Shown piece by piece: positions 21,137 through 31,348 of a stretch of DNA of 64,000 nt (position 1 is its first letter; every line of letters starts with the position of its first letter). The stretch spans positions 261,724 through 325,723 of the forward strand of contig JAJEGN010000005.1 of assembly GCA_022819855.1 (NCBI GenBank), read 5' to 3'. The stretch comes from Gammaproteobacteria bacterium. Lineage in GTDB: Bacteria; Pseudomonadota; Gammaproteobacteria; Steroidobacterales; Rariloculaceae. The position numbers and the translations under genes were made by a program. A model generated the notes under the pieces. The model was not told the origin of the DNA, did not search any database, and saw nothing but the letters and a program-made list of their open reading frames with translations.

Positions 21137-22912
21137 ATGACAGTTTCGATTCACCGGGCGAAGCTCCTCGTCTGTTCATTCGCGGCCACCTGTGTCTGGC
21201 TCGCCGCGGCAGGCGCGGCCGAACCCGTACGCGCGACCGAACAGATGGTCGTGGCAGCGAATCCCCACGCATCCGAAGCCGGGATCGCGATCCTGCGCGC
21301 CGGGGGCAGTGCCGTCGATGCAGCCATCGCCGTGCAGCTCGTGCTGTCGCTCGTGGAACCGCAGTCGTCCGGTATCGGCGGCGGCGCGTTCATGCTCGTT
21401 CACGACGTGCCCGGCGATCAGCCCGTTTCGGCGAGGGGGTCTTCCGCCCCACCCGGGGAGCCCGCCCGGATCGTCGCCTACGCGGGCCGCGAGACGGCGC
21501 CGGCGGCGGCGACACGCGGCATGTTCCTCGACGCCAACGGCCGGGAAATGTCGTTCCTGGACGTGAGTTTCGGCGGCTTGGCCGTGGGAGTGCCGGGCGC
21601 CATGCGCATGCTCGAGCGTGCGCATCGCGACCATGGCCGCTTGCCGTGGCCTGAGCTCTTTGAACCTGCGATCGAGTTGGCCGAGCGCGGCTTCGAAGTC
21701 TCGCCCAGGCTTTATTTCCTGCTGGACCGCTTTCAGCGGGTCGCTCGGGCCGAGCAATTCCGGGCGTACTTCTACGACGAAGACGGCGAGCCCCGCGAAA
21801 CCGGATACCGCCTCGTCAACACCGAGTATGCCGAGACGCTGCGCACGCTGGCAGCGCAGGGCGCCGATGCGATGTATACGGGCGAACTCGCCGACCGGAT
21901 CGTGGAAGCGGTTACGAACGATACGATTCGACCGGGCGGCATGACGCACGAGGATCTCGCAAGCTACGAGGCGCGTACGATGGCGCCGCTGTGTTCGCCG
22001 TACCGACAGTGGAGGGTCTGCGGGCCGCGCCTGCCGTCCTCGGGCGGTATCGCCGTTCAGCAGATTCTCGGGATGCTCGAGGAATTTGACCTCCCGGCGC
22101 CCGACGCGGATCCGGTGGCGTCGATCCACCTGATCGCGGAGGCAAGCCGGCTCGCGTTCGCCGATCGCAATCTGTACCTGGCGGATCCGGATTTCGTCGA
22201 TGTGCCCGTCGCTGCACTGATGAACCGCGAGTACCTGCAGAGCCGCGCGGCGCTGATAGACCCCGGGAGAGCGCTGGATCGCGTCTCGCCCGGTGCGCCC
22301 CGGCCCGATCTGGCGTGGAACTTCGCGCCCGGCGAGCCGACCGACGTCATGTCGACGAGCCACTTCTCGATCGTCGACCGTTGGGGCGATGCCGTCTCGA
22401 TGACGACGACCGTGCAGGGCGCTTTCGGCAGCCAGCTCATGGTCGGCGGCTTCATCCTGAACAATCAGCTCACCGACTTCTCCTTCGTGCCCGAGGTCGA
22501 CGGGCTGCCCGTCGCGAACCGGCCGGAGCCCGGCAAACGGCCGCTCAGCAGCATGTCGCCGACTCTCGTGTTCGACGCGGACGATCGTTTGCGCCTGCTC
22601 GTCGGCTCGCCCGGCGGGACGCGGATCATCAACTACGTCGCCCAGGCCATCGTCGGCGTGCTCGATTGGGAACTCAACATCCAGGACGCCGTTGCGGCGC
22701 CGCACTTCCTGGCGCAGGACCGCTCCATCGAACTCGAGCAGGACACCGCGATTCTCGACCATGCCGGGCCGCTCCGGGCGCTCGGCCACAGCGTCGTTGC
22801 GAGAACGCTGAACAGCGGGCTGCACGGCATCGCGATCGAGTACACGGACGACGGGCGTGTCCTGTCGGGCGGCGCGGACCCGCGACGGGAGGGTGTGGCG
22901 CTCGGGGATTAG
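21137..22912 (+). CDS. ggt: gamma-glutamyltransferase, exported
   Basis: Signal peptide (LLVCSFAATCVWLAAAGA), GGGAFM motif, autoprocessing/nucleophile Thr context STSHFSIVD, C-terminal GGADPRREG. Start moved to the ATG at 21137 (AAGGGA SD) to avoid overlapping coaD. Confidence 0.92.
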   Translation: MTVSIHRAKLLVCSFAATCVWLAAAGAAEPVRATEQMVVAANPHASEAGIAILRAGGSAVDAAIAVQLVLSLVEPQSSGIGGGAFMLVHDVPGDQPVSARGSSAPPGEPARIVAYAGRETAPAAATRGMFLDANGREMSFLDVSFGGLAVGVPGAMRMLERAHRDHGRLPWPELFEPAIELAERGFEVSPRLYFLLDRFQRVARAEQFRAYFYDEDGEPRETGYRLVNTEYAETLRTLAAQGADAMYTGELADRIVEAVTNDTIRPGGMTHEDLASYEARTMAPLCSPYRQWRVCGPRLPSSGGIAVQQILGMLEEFDLPAPDADPVASIHLIAEASRLAFADRNLYLADPDFVDVPVAALMNREYLQSRAALIDPGRALDRVSPGAPRPDLAWNFAPGEPTDVMSTSHFSIVDRWGDAVSMTTTVQGAFGSQLMVGGFILNNQLTDFSFVPEVDGLPVANRPEPGKRPLSSMSPTLVFDADDRLRLLVGSPGGTRIINYVAQAIVGVLDWELNIQDAVAAPHFLAQDRSIELEQDTAILDHAGPLRALGHSVVARTLNSGLHGIAIEYTDDGRVLSGGADPRREGVALGD

Positions 22913-23220
22913 CGGCTCGTGCCGAAACTGCGGGTGATTGAGAGTACTTGGAATGGCTATCCCAAGAGTCGAAGGAGACGCGCATGAGAGAGCAGGAGCC
23001 GCCACAACTCAAGGAATGTACTCAGGTCCAGTGACGCAGCCATACCAAATGATTCGCTCATCTGTCCGTCTTGCAAAAAAACCGCTACTGGTCCGTTCAC
23101 TGTACCTTAAATGCTCTTGCTCGAAGATGAACTGAGAAAAGATCGGCTAATAACAATACACGGGACCTTGCGCGATTTAATGGAGAATCAACCGATGGTG
23201 ACGAAAAAGGAAGCGGAGCT

Positions 23221-23562
23221 ATGCCTCGACACGTAAAGGATATAGACGTTCTCAGCAATTATCTGAAAGGCGTCATGGATCGCGCAGATCACCACGCTCA
23301 AGATGTGAATGAAGTAATTCTCTCCATTGCTGGAGGCGTCGTTTGGAGAAAAGACGATGATCCTCTCAAGGTTCGGACTAGAGAAGGTCGGATGACAAAT
23401 GTGCTATGGTTCAAAGTGAACCGGAAACAATACGCGCTATCGTATAATCATGATACAGGAGAAATTGAGTTTAGACAGGACAACATCCAAGGAGCAGTTC
23501 TTGCATCCTTTTCGAACAGAACAACAAATGCGGAAATCCGAACCTTCTTCAGTGGGCTCTAG
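23221..23562 (+). CDS. hypothetical small protein (113 aa) at the left edge of the island
   Basis: GGAG 4 nt upstream of the ATG, low GC, convergent with sspE. No motif I can assign. Confidence 0.5.
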   Translation: MPRHVKDIDVLSNYLKGVMDRADHHAQDVNEVILSIAGGVVWRKDDDPLKVRTREGRMTNVLWFKVNRKQYALSYNHDTGEIEFRQDNIQGAVLASFSNRTTNAEIRTFFSGL

Positions 23563-23646
23563 AAAACCAGCGAGATAGGGAGTCCGAATAGTCAAATACT
23601 GATCGTTACGGTTGCGTTGAACGAAGACGCCTATTTGAAGCCGTGA

Positions 23647-25965
23647 TCAGTCAAGCCATTCCCAGACAATGTCCCAGCAAAGTTCGGCGATATTTTTCCC
23701 CCGTGTAGAAACTACTTGCCTGTTCCAATCGGCGACGTGACATATTGGATTGAGGAGAGGCAGGCTATCGCCACGCTCAAGCAACTGCGTCATGTTCTTG
23801 GAAAAAGTGATTCCTGCCGCGTTTGCTTCCTGCGTCCTTGTTTTTTGTTCTTCGACTGTTTTTGCGGCCAGAGCTTGATAAAATTTTTTCTTCTTTTCCC
23901 ACGGTGCCGTCCCTATTGAGGCATTTTCCGCTTGCGGTAACAATATCAAATTGCCTGGCGAATGCCGTGTTACCTCGTCCTTGTAAAGCGAGGCGTTCCA
24001 TCCTTGTTTCTGCACACTATCAGGTGCAATGTGTTCAACAGTAGCGTAGTGCTTACTTCGCCACCAGTTATAGGTTAGGAGGGCGTTGCTACCACTCCGC
24101 TTAACCCCACGCCGAGTCCATGTTCCAGGTGTAGTATGATCGGCCATTGACCCATCAGCGGCGGCGAGAATCATGAAGCGTGCCAATGTGGGAGCATAGG
24201 TATACAATGGGGTTCCTACTACTCGGCCAACCCAGTCTTTTTTGTCAGGCGGTGCTTTCATTTTGCGTTGAAGAAGGCTTTTTAGTGCGGATCGAAAGTC
24301 ATCCAAAGAGAGGATCTCGTTGTTTAGTGTCTTGCCAGCGCAGAGACCAAATTTAAATGTCTGCTTCCGGCCTTCACTCGGAGCCATTAATGCGCGAAAA
24401 TCGCTGTCGATGCCCGCTGTGCTACCGGTAGCACCGCGGCGAAGCACGATGAATGCAACCATCGCACGTAGCGCAGTCAAAAAGTTTGTATCGCCGTCCG
24501 TCTTAAGGCTGGGTGACCAAAATCTAGCAAGGATAGGCAACGCTAGGCTGGTCTTCATATCAAAAATTAGTGACACAAGCAATTGAACCTCATCCAGCGT
24601 TTCCGGGCCATGAAAACGCGACAACTCCTCAATTCCACTCTTGTCCCAGTAATAGCGTCTGAACTGAGAAACGAGCGCAAGCGCCTGCATGTATCGCCTA
24701 GCCGAATCAACATCCGTCCGTTCCGCATCGCTGAAACTCTGGCGCAAAAAATCGCGTTGTGTCGCAAGGTCCTTTGGTAGTTTGGTGCCGTTAAGATATA
24801 GTGCAAACGTGACGACCAAATCCTTCGTTTCTCGCTGTTTCCTCGTAGTATCAGGAAATCTCTTGTTCACATAGTCGTCGATAGTGTCGAACGAATGCTC
24901 TGAGTCCGATCCCCGATAGCCTTTGTAAGATCCTTCGAATTTAATTACCCTTGGTTTCAATGTTTCAAGAGCGGTGAGCGGCTGACCGGTCGTGTTTAAC
25001 GCATCAAATATATCGAAAGCAGTGGATTCGTCTTCCGTGGTCACTCGTGTGAGAACGATGCAATTGCAGAAGTACGAGGCGAACAGCACGGTCCTAACCA
25101 AAGAATGCAAAGAATCATGATTGATGACTGCATTGATAGCACGCTGTTGTTCCCGTTCGGACCGAATGAAGTCTCGGAACAGCCTGAAAAGCCCCGAACA
25201 TTGGCGGTGCTTTGACCATTTGACGTCAAACATCTCACATTCGGTATTGTCATACCATTCTTGGTCATTTAAGCCTTCTAGCAATTTTCGCGTAACCCTA
25301 AAGTTCCCGTCAAGCCTAGAAGAGTAAGCATGGTGTCCCGGTTGCGGCGGTTCGAATTTTTGGTGTTGACCGGAGAAGTATTCGGAAAAGCTTTTGAGAA
25401 AAACACCGATTGGTGATCGGTATTCTGCGCTTTGGTGATCAGAGCCACGCGCATCGTTCATTCGAACTATTCGGGGAAACGGAAACGTAGATGTGGGCGT
25501 AACGTGCATGGTACCGACCGCGCACCAGTACAACGAGGTGGCCCAATGATCCACTTCCTTGGTAAGCCACATTTGTGTTTCCGGCTTGAGCTGTTTTGGG
25601 AAGTCTAGCTGGTGAATGTGGCGACGAAGAACCTCTATTAGCGCACAGGCAAACAATGCCAATGTGGTCAGGCGTTGTTGACCATCGACTACGGCAACAG
25701 ATACACCGCGAAACGCTGGTTCTTGAGATTGTTCTTTTACCAAAATCAAGCTACCGAGAAATGTATAGGCGTTTGCTTTTGCGCTGGTACCTAACCTTCG
25801 GAAGCCATTGAGCGTGTCGTAGTAGAGACGTTCGATGTTTCTTTGTTGCCAATCATACTGCCGTTGATAATCGGGAATACGAAATCCGATGCCGCCATTA
25901 TAGAGTGTAGCAGTCTCGAAAGGACTAGCAGCCTTCGCTTCAAATAAATGTTCTATGTTTTTCAT
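23647..25965 (-). CDS. sspE: DUF262 (N-terminal NTPase-like) + DUF1524 (C-terminal HNH-like nuclease) protein; SspE-like phosphorothioate-sensing restriction component
   Basis: DUF262 signatures IPDYQRQYDW and VVDGQQRLTT. C-terminal DUF1524 signatures VEHIAPDS and GNLILLPQAENASIG. Adjacent to sspBCD-like genes. Confidence 0.8.
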   Translation of the reverse strand: MKNIEHLFEAKAASPFETATLYNGGIGFRIPDYQRQYDWQQRNIERLYYDTLNGFRRLGTSAKANAYTFLGSLILVKEQSQEPAFRGVSVAVVDGQQRLTTLALFACALIEVLRRHIHQLDFPKQLKPETQMWLTKEVDHWATSLYWCAVGTMHVTPTSTFPFPRIVRMNDARGSDHQSAEYRSPIGVFLKSFSEYFSGQHQKFEPPQPGHHAYSSRLDGNFRVTRKLLEGLNDQEWYDNTECEMFDVKWSKHRQCSGLFRLFRDFIRSEREQQRAINAVINHDSLHSLVRTVLFASYFCNCIVLTRVTTEDESTAFDIFDALNTTGQPLTALETLKPRVIKFEGSYKGYRGSDSEHSFDTIDDYVNKRFPDTTRKQRETKDLVVTFALYLNGTKLPKDLATQRDFLRQSFSDAERTDVDSARRYMQALALVSQFRRYYWDKSGIEELSRFHGPETLDEVQLLVSLIFDMKTSLALPILARFWSPSLKTDGDTNFLTALRAMVAFIVLRRGATGSTAGIDSDFRALMAPSEGRKQTFKFGLCAGKTLNNEILSLDDFRSALKSLLQRKMKAPPDKKDWVGRVVGTPLYTYAPTLARFMILAAADGSMADHTTPGTWTRRGVKRSGSNALLTYNWWRSKHYATVEHIAPDSVQKQGWNASLYKDEVTRHSPGNLILLPQAENASIGTAPWEKKKKFYQALAAKTVEEQKTRTQEANAAGITFSKNMTQLLERGDSLPLLNPICHVADWNRQVVSTRGKNIAELCWDIVWEWLD

Positions 25966-26012
25966 TGTGGTGGCTTTCGTAACTTCATACGGAGAATACT
26001 ATGGGAACACAC

Positions 26013-26852
26013 TCATTTGTGGCAGGCAAGACATACCTTGGCTTGACCGTATAGGTCGTCTATATCCACAGGGTCGCCGTCCGGTCGTAGCGGATTTGGC
26101 GCCACAGTAACGCCCATTCGGTCGAGGCGGCGTTGGTGTTCCTTCTTGATTTGCTCTATACGCAAGGGCTGTTCCAGTTCTTCAAGTGATTCGCCTTGGC
26201 TCCATGTAAACGGGGAACCGCCCTCGACTGCCGTCTTCTCGTACGCCTTGGCTTCCTCAAAAGCTTCAGGATGTTGATCCTTGAGCCGAACCCATTCGAT
26301 CTTTTGCTGGAAGAAGCAGAACGTACATCCGCTGCGCGTGCGCCAAGTGTAGTAATCAGGGAGACCGAGCCCGGCACCTTCGAGAAGATCCAGTACGCCC
26401 GCCTTGTCGATTCCGGCGTGCTTGAAAGGGAGCTTCACGACAAGTTTTTCATGCTTGGATGAATACCCTTCTCTATATTCCTCGTCGCTGCGGATCGCGA
26501 CATAGCTGAAGACGGTAGTGCCGTTCGCGAGCATTGGGCGAACCCATTGTTCGAAGGGCCGAAGCTTGAGCTGTCGCGTACACCAACGTGATTGCGGGGA
26601 AGGAAGAAAGTCGTTGTACTGTTTGAGCCAGAAATCGAAGTCGCGGTCGGGGTTCAGTCGGAGTATCGGTTGACCGAGAAAGCCTTCCAGCCTTCCAAGA
26701 TACTCGTAGACTTCGGGCAGTTCCTTACCGGTGTCAGTAAAGAAATAGTCGACATCGAGTTCAGGATGATGTTGGCGCATATAGACGGCAAGGGCCGCGC
26801 TGTCGCGCCCACCGGACAGGCCAAGCACGTGTTTCACGTTCACCTTCGTCAT
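26013..26852 (-). CDS. sspD: PP-loop ATP pyrophosphatase of the PAPS-reductase/DndC-like family; SspD-like
   Basis: PP-loop LGLSGGRDSAA, conserved Cys pairs (CTFCFF, CLACHK). ATGA overlap with the upstream ATPase gene. Confidence 0.8.
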   Translation of the reverse strand: MTKVNVKHVLGLSGGRDSAALAVYMRQHHPELDVDYFFTDTGKELPEVYEYLGRLEGFLGQPILRLNPDRDFDFWLKQYNDFLPSPQSRWCTRQLKLRPFEQWVRPMLANGTTVFSYVAIRSDEEYREGYSSKHEKLVVKLPFKHAGIDKAGVLDLLEGAGLGLPDYYTWRTRSGCTFCFFQQKIEWVRLKDQHPEAFEEAKAYEKTAVEGGSPFTWSQGESLEELEQPLRIEQIKKEHQRRLDRMGVTVAPNPLRPDGDPVDIDDLYGQAKVCLACHK

Positions 26853-29800
26853 GAAACAACTCTTGTTTTTCGGTTCTGCGTTGCGCTCGGGGAGTTTCGC
26901 ATGTAGCGCGTGCTGAGTTCAGCCAGCGCGGCCAGGATGACGCTGCGCCGACTGGTGTCGGCTTCATCCAATGCGGCGGCAACACGGTCAATCAGATCGT
27001 TAATGGCGGCGCGGTCCGATTCGGCTACGTCGAACTCTTCCAACACGGGTGCTGGGCGACCGCCCATGCCGATAACTACGGCCATTGCCTGCCTCTTGTC
27101 TGTGCGGCCCTTCACGCGCGCGAAGGTTTCGGCGCGGAGGAATCGTTGCGCCATGTCAGCGATCTCTATGGCCGCCCGGTCAAGGTCCGGATCGACCCAA
27201 AAGCGCGGTGGCTTGTTCGCAGCGAGGCTCGCGATACCCTCGAAGTTCTCATCGGTGCCGTCGAACTGCGACAGTCTTCCGACGAACGCGTCTAGGCGAA
27301 AATCACCTGCAAGCTGTTTGACGTTGTCGGCGCGCTCGCGGAGTTCCTCTAGGGCCTGAGGCGATGCGTTCGGCACCTGCAGCTCAGCGAGCATCATGTC
27401 CCGCAATCGATGCAGCATGGCTGGATACGCCTGCACCAATTCTTCGAGCCCGTCGCGGACACCCGCGATGACGCGGTGCAAGTCGTCCTGTTTGGAAAGC
27501 GAAACGCCACTACCCAGCACGTCCGGGATGTCGTCGAAAAGGAACTGGTTGGGATCGTGAGCACGCTTGAACAGATCGCGAATCTTCATGGCGTTCGCGG
27601 ACAGGCGCATGGTCCGTCCGGTCCAGTTGGGGAGTCGGTCATAGATCGCGACGAGACCGCGCCCGACATCGATCGGTTCCAGGTGCACAAGCTCGTTCGC
27701 TTTATCGAGATCGCGCACGATCTGCGCCATTCCCGACAGCAGTCGCCGCGCTACATCGCTGAGGTCCATCCAGCGCAATTGGATAATGGATGGATCCTTC
27801 GTGAGGTAGTCCACGTCCACATCGTCGAACTTCGCCCGAAATATCCCGTCTCGATAAACCGCGAGCTTGTCGCGCTGCGACAGGATGAACGCCACGACCA
27901 GAACCGGCAGAAGCCCGTTCTTCACGCCGAAGGGCGGCTTGCGCCACTCGTCGAACAGTTCGGAGACTTCCACCGTGCGACCGGAGTGCGCCTTGACGTA
28001 GTTGATCGCCGTTTCCCACATCGGCGCCAAATCGTAGGGGTCGTCGCCACCGATTGTCGGCGACACGAAACGCCAACGCGTTCCGCGTTGTACGTACAAG
28101 TCTGTCGCTTCCAGCAACGACGTGAACAAACCTCCCTCGGCCGGGAAGCCCGCGATGCCAAGACGCGGCTCGCCTTCCTTCAGAACCATGCGCCGCAGGA
28201 GGTTGTTCTGCGCGGCCACAGCGTTGCTGGACGGCTTGTGCCGATTCAGCAACTCATTGTGCAAGCAAGGCGATTCGTTGAAGCGGCGATCCGCAAGATC
28301 GGACGCGGTGCTGTTGAGGTCGGCCTGCCGAAGCTGCTTCGGTTGGTGGTGTTTGCGAAACCACAATGCGCTGTCGAACGCCTTGTGCAGCTCAGACTCG
28401 AGGAGTGCCTGCAAGGTTGCAAGCCGTGCGGAGACTTCGCGTCTTGCGACAGAATCACCGGCAAGTTCGGCATGATCGTTGCTGACGCTGTCAAGCGCGA
28501 ACAATTCGCGTGCGAGCGGCAAAATGGCCCATGACTGCTTGGAAATGCCAACCACGGTGTCCCATTCATCGCTGTCGCGCGCTGTCTTGCGGCACAAGTC
28601 GTGCGCGTGCTCCTCCGTTTCGCCGCCGGTTGGAACGGCGAGTAGAAACTGACCGATTGCGCCGTTCTCAGGTCGCGGCGCATGCTCGAAATCGGCAAGA
28701 CGTCGCAAGGGAACGATGCTTACATCGAACCATCTGAGTGTGCCCGTGTCGTGATAATGGCGCTTGGCCAAAATCGGCTGAAGCCCGGCCAGAGCCTTGA
28801 GTTCGTTGAAGTCAATCTCGTCGATCTCGTCGAGCGCGGAGCGGACAGCTTTGTCGATGTCGAAGTCGCTGCCAGCGTAGATCGCACGGGCATTGAGGAA
28901 CTTCTTGAAGATGGTGAATGACCACATATCCAGTTGCGCCAAGGCGTGCTCAAGCGCCTTTACTGGGACTTCGGGGAAACAGGTGTGAAGCAACTCGGTA
29001 TCTGCTACCAGACCGGAACGTTCCTTGAACAGGTCGATGATTGCGATTGTCTTGAGTAGCCGGACGTGAAGCGCGTCGGTATCAGTCGCTTCGCATCGCT
29101 CCAGCGCTTCCGCCGCCAAGGCCCATCGATGCCCGTCGGGTGAAGCGAGGATGGATGGTTCCAGGTTGGCGCGAAGGTAATCCCATAGCCGGTCCGGGCC
29201 ATACAGATCGTCGCCTGCCGCGTGTTTGAGAAAGTCCATGAAACCGTGCGGCTCGGACGAGTTCAGGAAGCCGAACAAGCTGCGCTGGTTCTGCCCGAAA
29301 CGACGCCGCGATATCGGACCCAACAAACATGCCACGACCGGGTGCAGTGGCCAGCATCCTTCCAGCATGGCAGCCAAGCTCGCTGCATCGCCGTCGCGAC
29401 GCACGATACTGGCTACAGAAGCTGCAAGCGGCCCGGGCTTCTTTGGGCGATGATCGCTCTCGATTGCGCGGGATATCAGGTCGATTTGTTCTTCGCCCGA
29501 GGCGTTGACGACAAGATCGATAAAACGGCCCTGAATCTTCGCCCATTCGTCGCGCATTTCGTGCGACAGACGATTTGCGTACTCTTCAAAGGCTTGGTGC
29601 AGCACGCCGACAAAAAGAAAGCGCCCGTTGCTGCGCGACGCCGCCTCGGCGAGTTGCTGGAAAACGTAGATATCGAAATGACCTCGGGCGGCGGCTTCGA
29701 GGAATTTACCCATCTCGTCCACGAAGAGGAGAAGGCCGCCGTGAGCGCTTTCGTCGTTGACAGCAGCATCGGTCAGAGCGGCGATCAAGTTGGTCTCGGT

Positions 29801-30238
29801 CCAGCCGCCACGCGGTCGACGGTTTACAAGGCCAGTACGCTTCACGGCGTCGCCGATAACGGCGACTGGATCGTCGCGCCGCGCAACTACTGGGAGGATG
29901 CGCCATCCTTTGGCGCCAGTCGGCAATGCTTGCCGGATAGAGTTCGTCAGCCCGTGTCCGAATACGCTGGCCGCTTCCGTCTGCAATTGCCCGTTGCCAT
30001 TTAACAAGGCTCCAAGCGCGACAGCCAGGCTTGACTTGCCGCTACCGTATGGACCGGTCCATGTGTAAGCGCCCTGCCCGGTTTCGGAAACGTGGCGAGC
30101 CATTGCCAAGAGAACGTCGGCGGATGACTGCGGGCAGACGAAACCTTCGAGTGAGGCGATGTCTCCAAGATCCGAGTCGATACGGACCGATCTGAGAAAC
30201 CGGCGCGCGATGTAGACGCGGTCGCCAATCGGCATCAT
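26849..30238 (-). CDS. sspC: large P-loop ATPase (1129 aa); SspC-like (DUF499/BrxC-like fold suspected)
   Basis: Walker A TGPYGSGKSS, Walker B LLLFVDEMGKF. 4-nt overlaps with both the upstream DUF4007 gene and the downstream PP-loop gene. Confidence 0.72.
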   Translation of the reverse strand: MMPIGDRVYIARRFLRSVRIDSDLGDIASLEGFVCPQSSADVLLAMARHVSETGQGAYTWTGPYGSGKSSLAVALGALLNGNGQLQTEAASVFGHGLTNSIRQALPTGAKGWRILPVVARRDDPVAVIGDAVKRTGLVNRRPRGGWTETNLIAALTDAAVNDESAHGGLLLFVDEMGKFLEAAARGHFDIYVFQQLAEAASRSNGRFLFVGVLHQAFEEYANRLSHEMRDEWAKIQGRFIDLVVNASGEEQIDLISRAIESDHRPKKPGPLAASVASIVRRDGDAASLAAMLEGCWPLHPVVACLLGPISRRRFGQNQRSLFGFLNSSEPHGFMDFLKHAAGDDLYGPDRLWDYLRANLEPSILASPDGHRWALAAEALERCEATDTDALHVRLLKTIAIIDLFKERSGLVADTELLHTCFPEVPVKALEHALAQLDMWSFTIFKKFLNARAIYAGSDFDIDKAVRSALDEIDEIDFNELKALAGLQPILAKRHYHDTGTLRWFDVSIVPLRRLADFEHAPRPENGAIGQFLLAVPTGGETEEHAHDLCRKTARDSDEWDTVVGISKQSWAILPLARELFALDSVSNDHAELAGDSVARREVSARLATLQALLESELHKAFDSALWFRKHHQPKQLRQADLNSTASDLADRRFNESPCLHNELLNRHKPSSNAVAAQNNLLRRMVLKEGEPRLGIAGFPAEGGLFTSLLEATDLYVQRGTRWRFVSPTIGGDDPYDLAPMWETAINYVKAHSGRTVEVSELFDEWRKPPFGVKNGLLPVLVVAFILSQRDKLAVYRDGIFRAKFDDVDVDYLTKDPSIIQLRWMDLSDVARRLLSGMAQIVRDLDKANELVHLEPIDVGRGLVAIYDRLPNWTGRTMRLSANAMKIRDLFKRAHDPNQFLFDDIPDVLGSGVSLSKQDDLHRVIAGVRDGLEELVQAYPAMLHRLRDMMLAELQVPNASPQALEELRERADNVKQLAGDFRLDAFVGRLSQFDGTDENFEGIASLAANKPPRFWVDPDLDRAAIEIADMAQRFLRAETFARVKGRTDKRQAMAVVIGMGGRPAPVLEEFDVAESDRAAINDLIDRVAAALDEADTSRRSVILAALAELSTRYMRNSPSATQNRKTRVVS

Positions 30239-31188
30239 GCGGCTTCCTTTCCGGGCCGTGCGAAGTAGTCACGTCGAATCCAGGCGCGTGCGCTTTTTCC
30301 GTCGATCTCGGTATTTCGAACGACCTGTTTCAGGCCAGCCGTTTCGGACCAGCGCAAGACGCCCCCTGTCGCGTCGTCCAGCGCACTGAGGCGGTCAGCG
30401 ACATCGTTCTCATCGAACAGGAATACGCGTCCCGGCCCACCGGGCGCATGGGCGACAGCCTCGAACGACAATGTAGAGGCGTTGGTATAGCGAGACCAGA
30501 AGTCCATGAGCGCATAGATGAAGACACCATCGCTCAAGGTGGTCTTTGGGCCGCGGACGAACCTGAACCCGTCTTTTTTGCCTACGGGCTTGATGAGCCC
30601 CAGTTCTGTAAGCGGTGATTCCAGCGCATCGTCATGCACACTCCGTCCCGACAGTGGCCGTGCTGCGTACGTGCGTATGAAACAGGCCACGTCGTTCCTG
30701 ATCGTGGTAATGGCGACTCGCGACCAGTTGCGATCCTTTGCGAGACGATCGAGTTTCTTGATCAGTGAATCTCGCTCAAACGTGACGGAGGGGTAGTGAT
30801 TGAACGCCCAAAACCATGTAGTTCGAGTCGCGTGGGAAGCCAATTGCCAATGGATGAGCCACAGCGTGGTCGGGTTTTCCATGTATGGGTCAAGCGCCGA
30901 CCAGCCGAAAAGCAGGCGACCGAGTTCCGTCGTCCGGACAGAATGGTAAGAAGGTTCCTCGATCACGCCGGTCGCTTTCGCCCAATGGCGAATGGAGGCG
31001 ACCATGTTCTTGCCGACGCCGAATCGAGCTATGGCATCGTCGCCCCAACAAGCCGTCCGATTCTCGTCCTGATCCTCGGTTTCGGCGACGCGGTCGAACG
31101 CCTTTTTCAGCCACCCGTAACGGAGCGGAAAGGTCTCGTGGCCTGAAAACTGCGGGCTGTAGCCGTCCTGATAGAGTGGTCCACGCAC
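30235..31188 (-). CDS. sspB: DUF4007 family protein; SspB-like (nickase component)
   Basis: N-terminal FSGHETFPLRYGWLKK signature recalled for DUF4007. GTG start. First gene of the sspBCD-sspE co-oriented run. Confidence 0.78.
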   Translation of the reverse strand: MRGPLYQDGYSPQFSGHETFPLRYGWLKKAFDRVAETEDQDENRTACWGDDAIARFGVGKNMVASIRHWAKATGVIEEPSYHSVRTTELGRLLFGWSALDPYMENPTTLWLIHWQLASHATRTTWFWAFNHYPSVTFERDSLIKKLDRLAKDRNWSRVAITTIRNDVACFIRTYAARPLSGRSVHDDALESPLTELGLIKPVGKKDGFRFVRGPKTTLSDGVFIYALMDFWSRYTNASTLSFEAVAHAPGGPGRVFLFDENDVADRLSALDDATGGVLRWSETAGLKQVVRNTEIDGKSARAWIRRDYFARPGKEAA

Positions 31189-31348
31189 CCTTCGGTTCCC
31201 TAGTTACTGGATCATCCGTCCAGTAGCCTGACAATAGCGCGTTACATATACTACGGTCAACGAAACCGGAGGCTACCACGCGATCCGCGAATCGCAGCCC
31301 GCATTTCCGATCAGCTTACCAAAAAATTCTCTAACCTATTGAATATTA

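Noticed and set aside
26013-30238. Alternative reading of the PAPS-reductase-like gene plus giant ATPase as a BREX type 4 (BrxP/BrxC) or Dnd (DndC/DndD) system
   Set aside because: No PglZ, BrxL, BrxA/B or DndB/DndE genes are present. The DUF4007 protein, desulfurase and DUF262/DUF1524 partner fit the Ssp gene set better. This still needs HMM confirmation.
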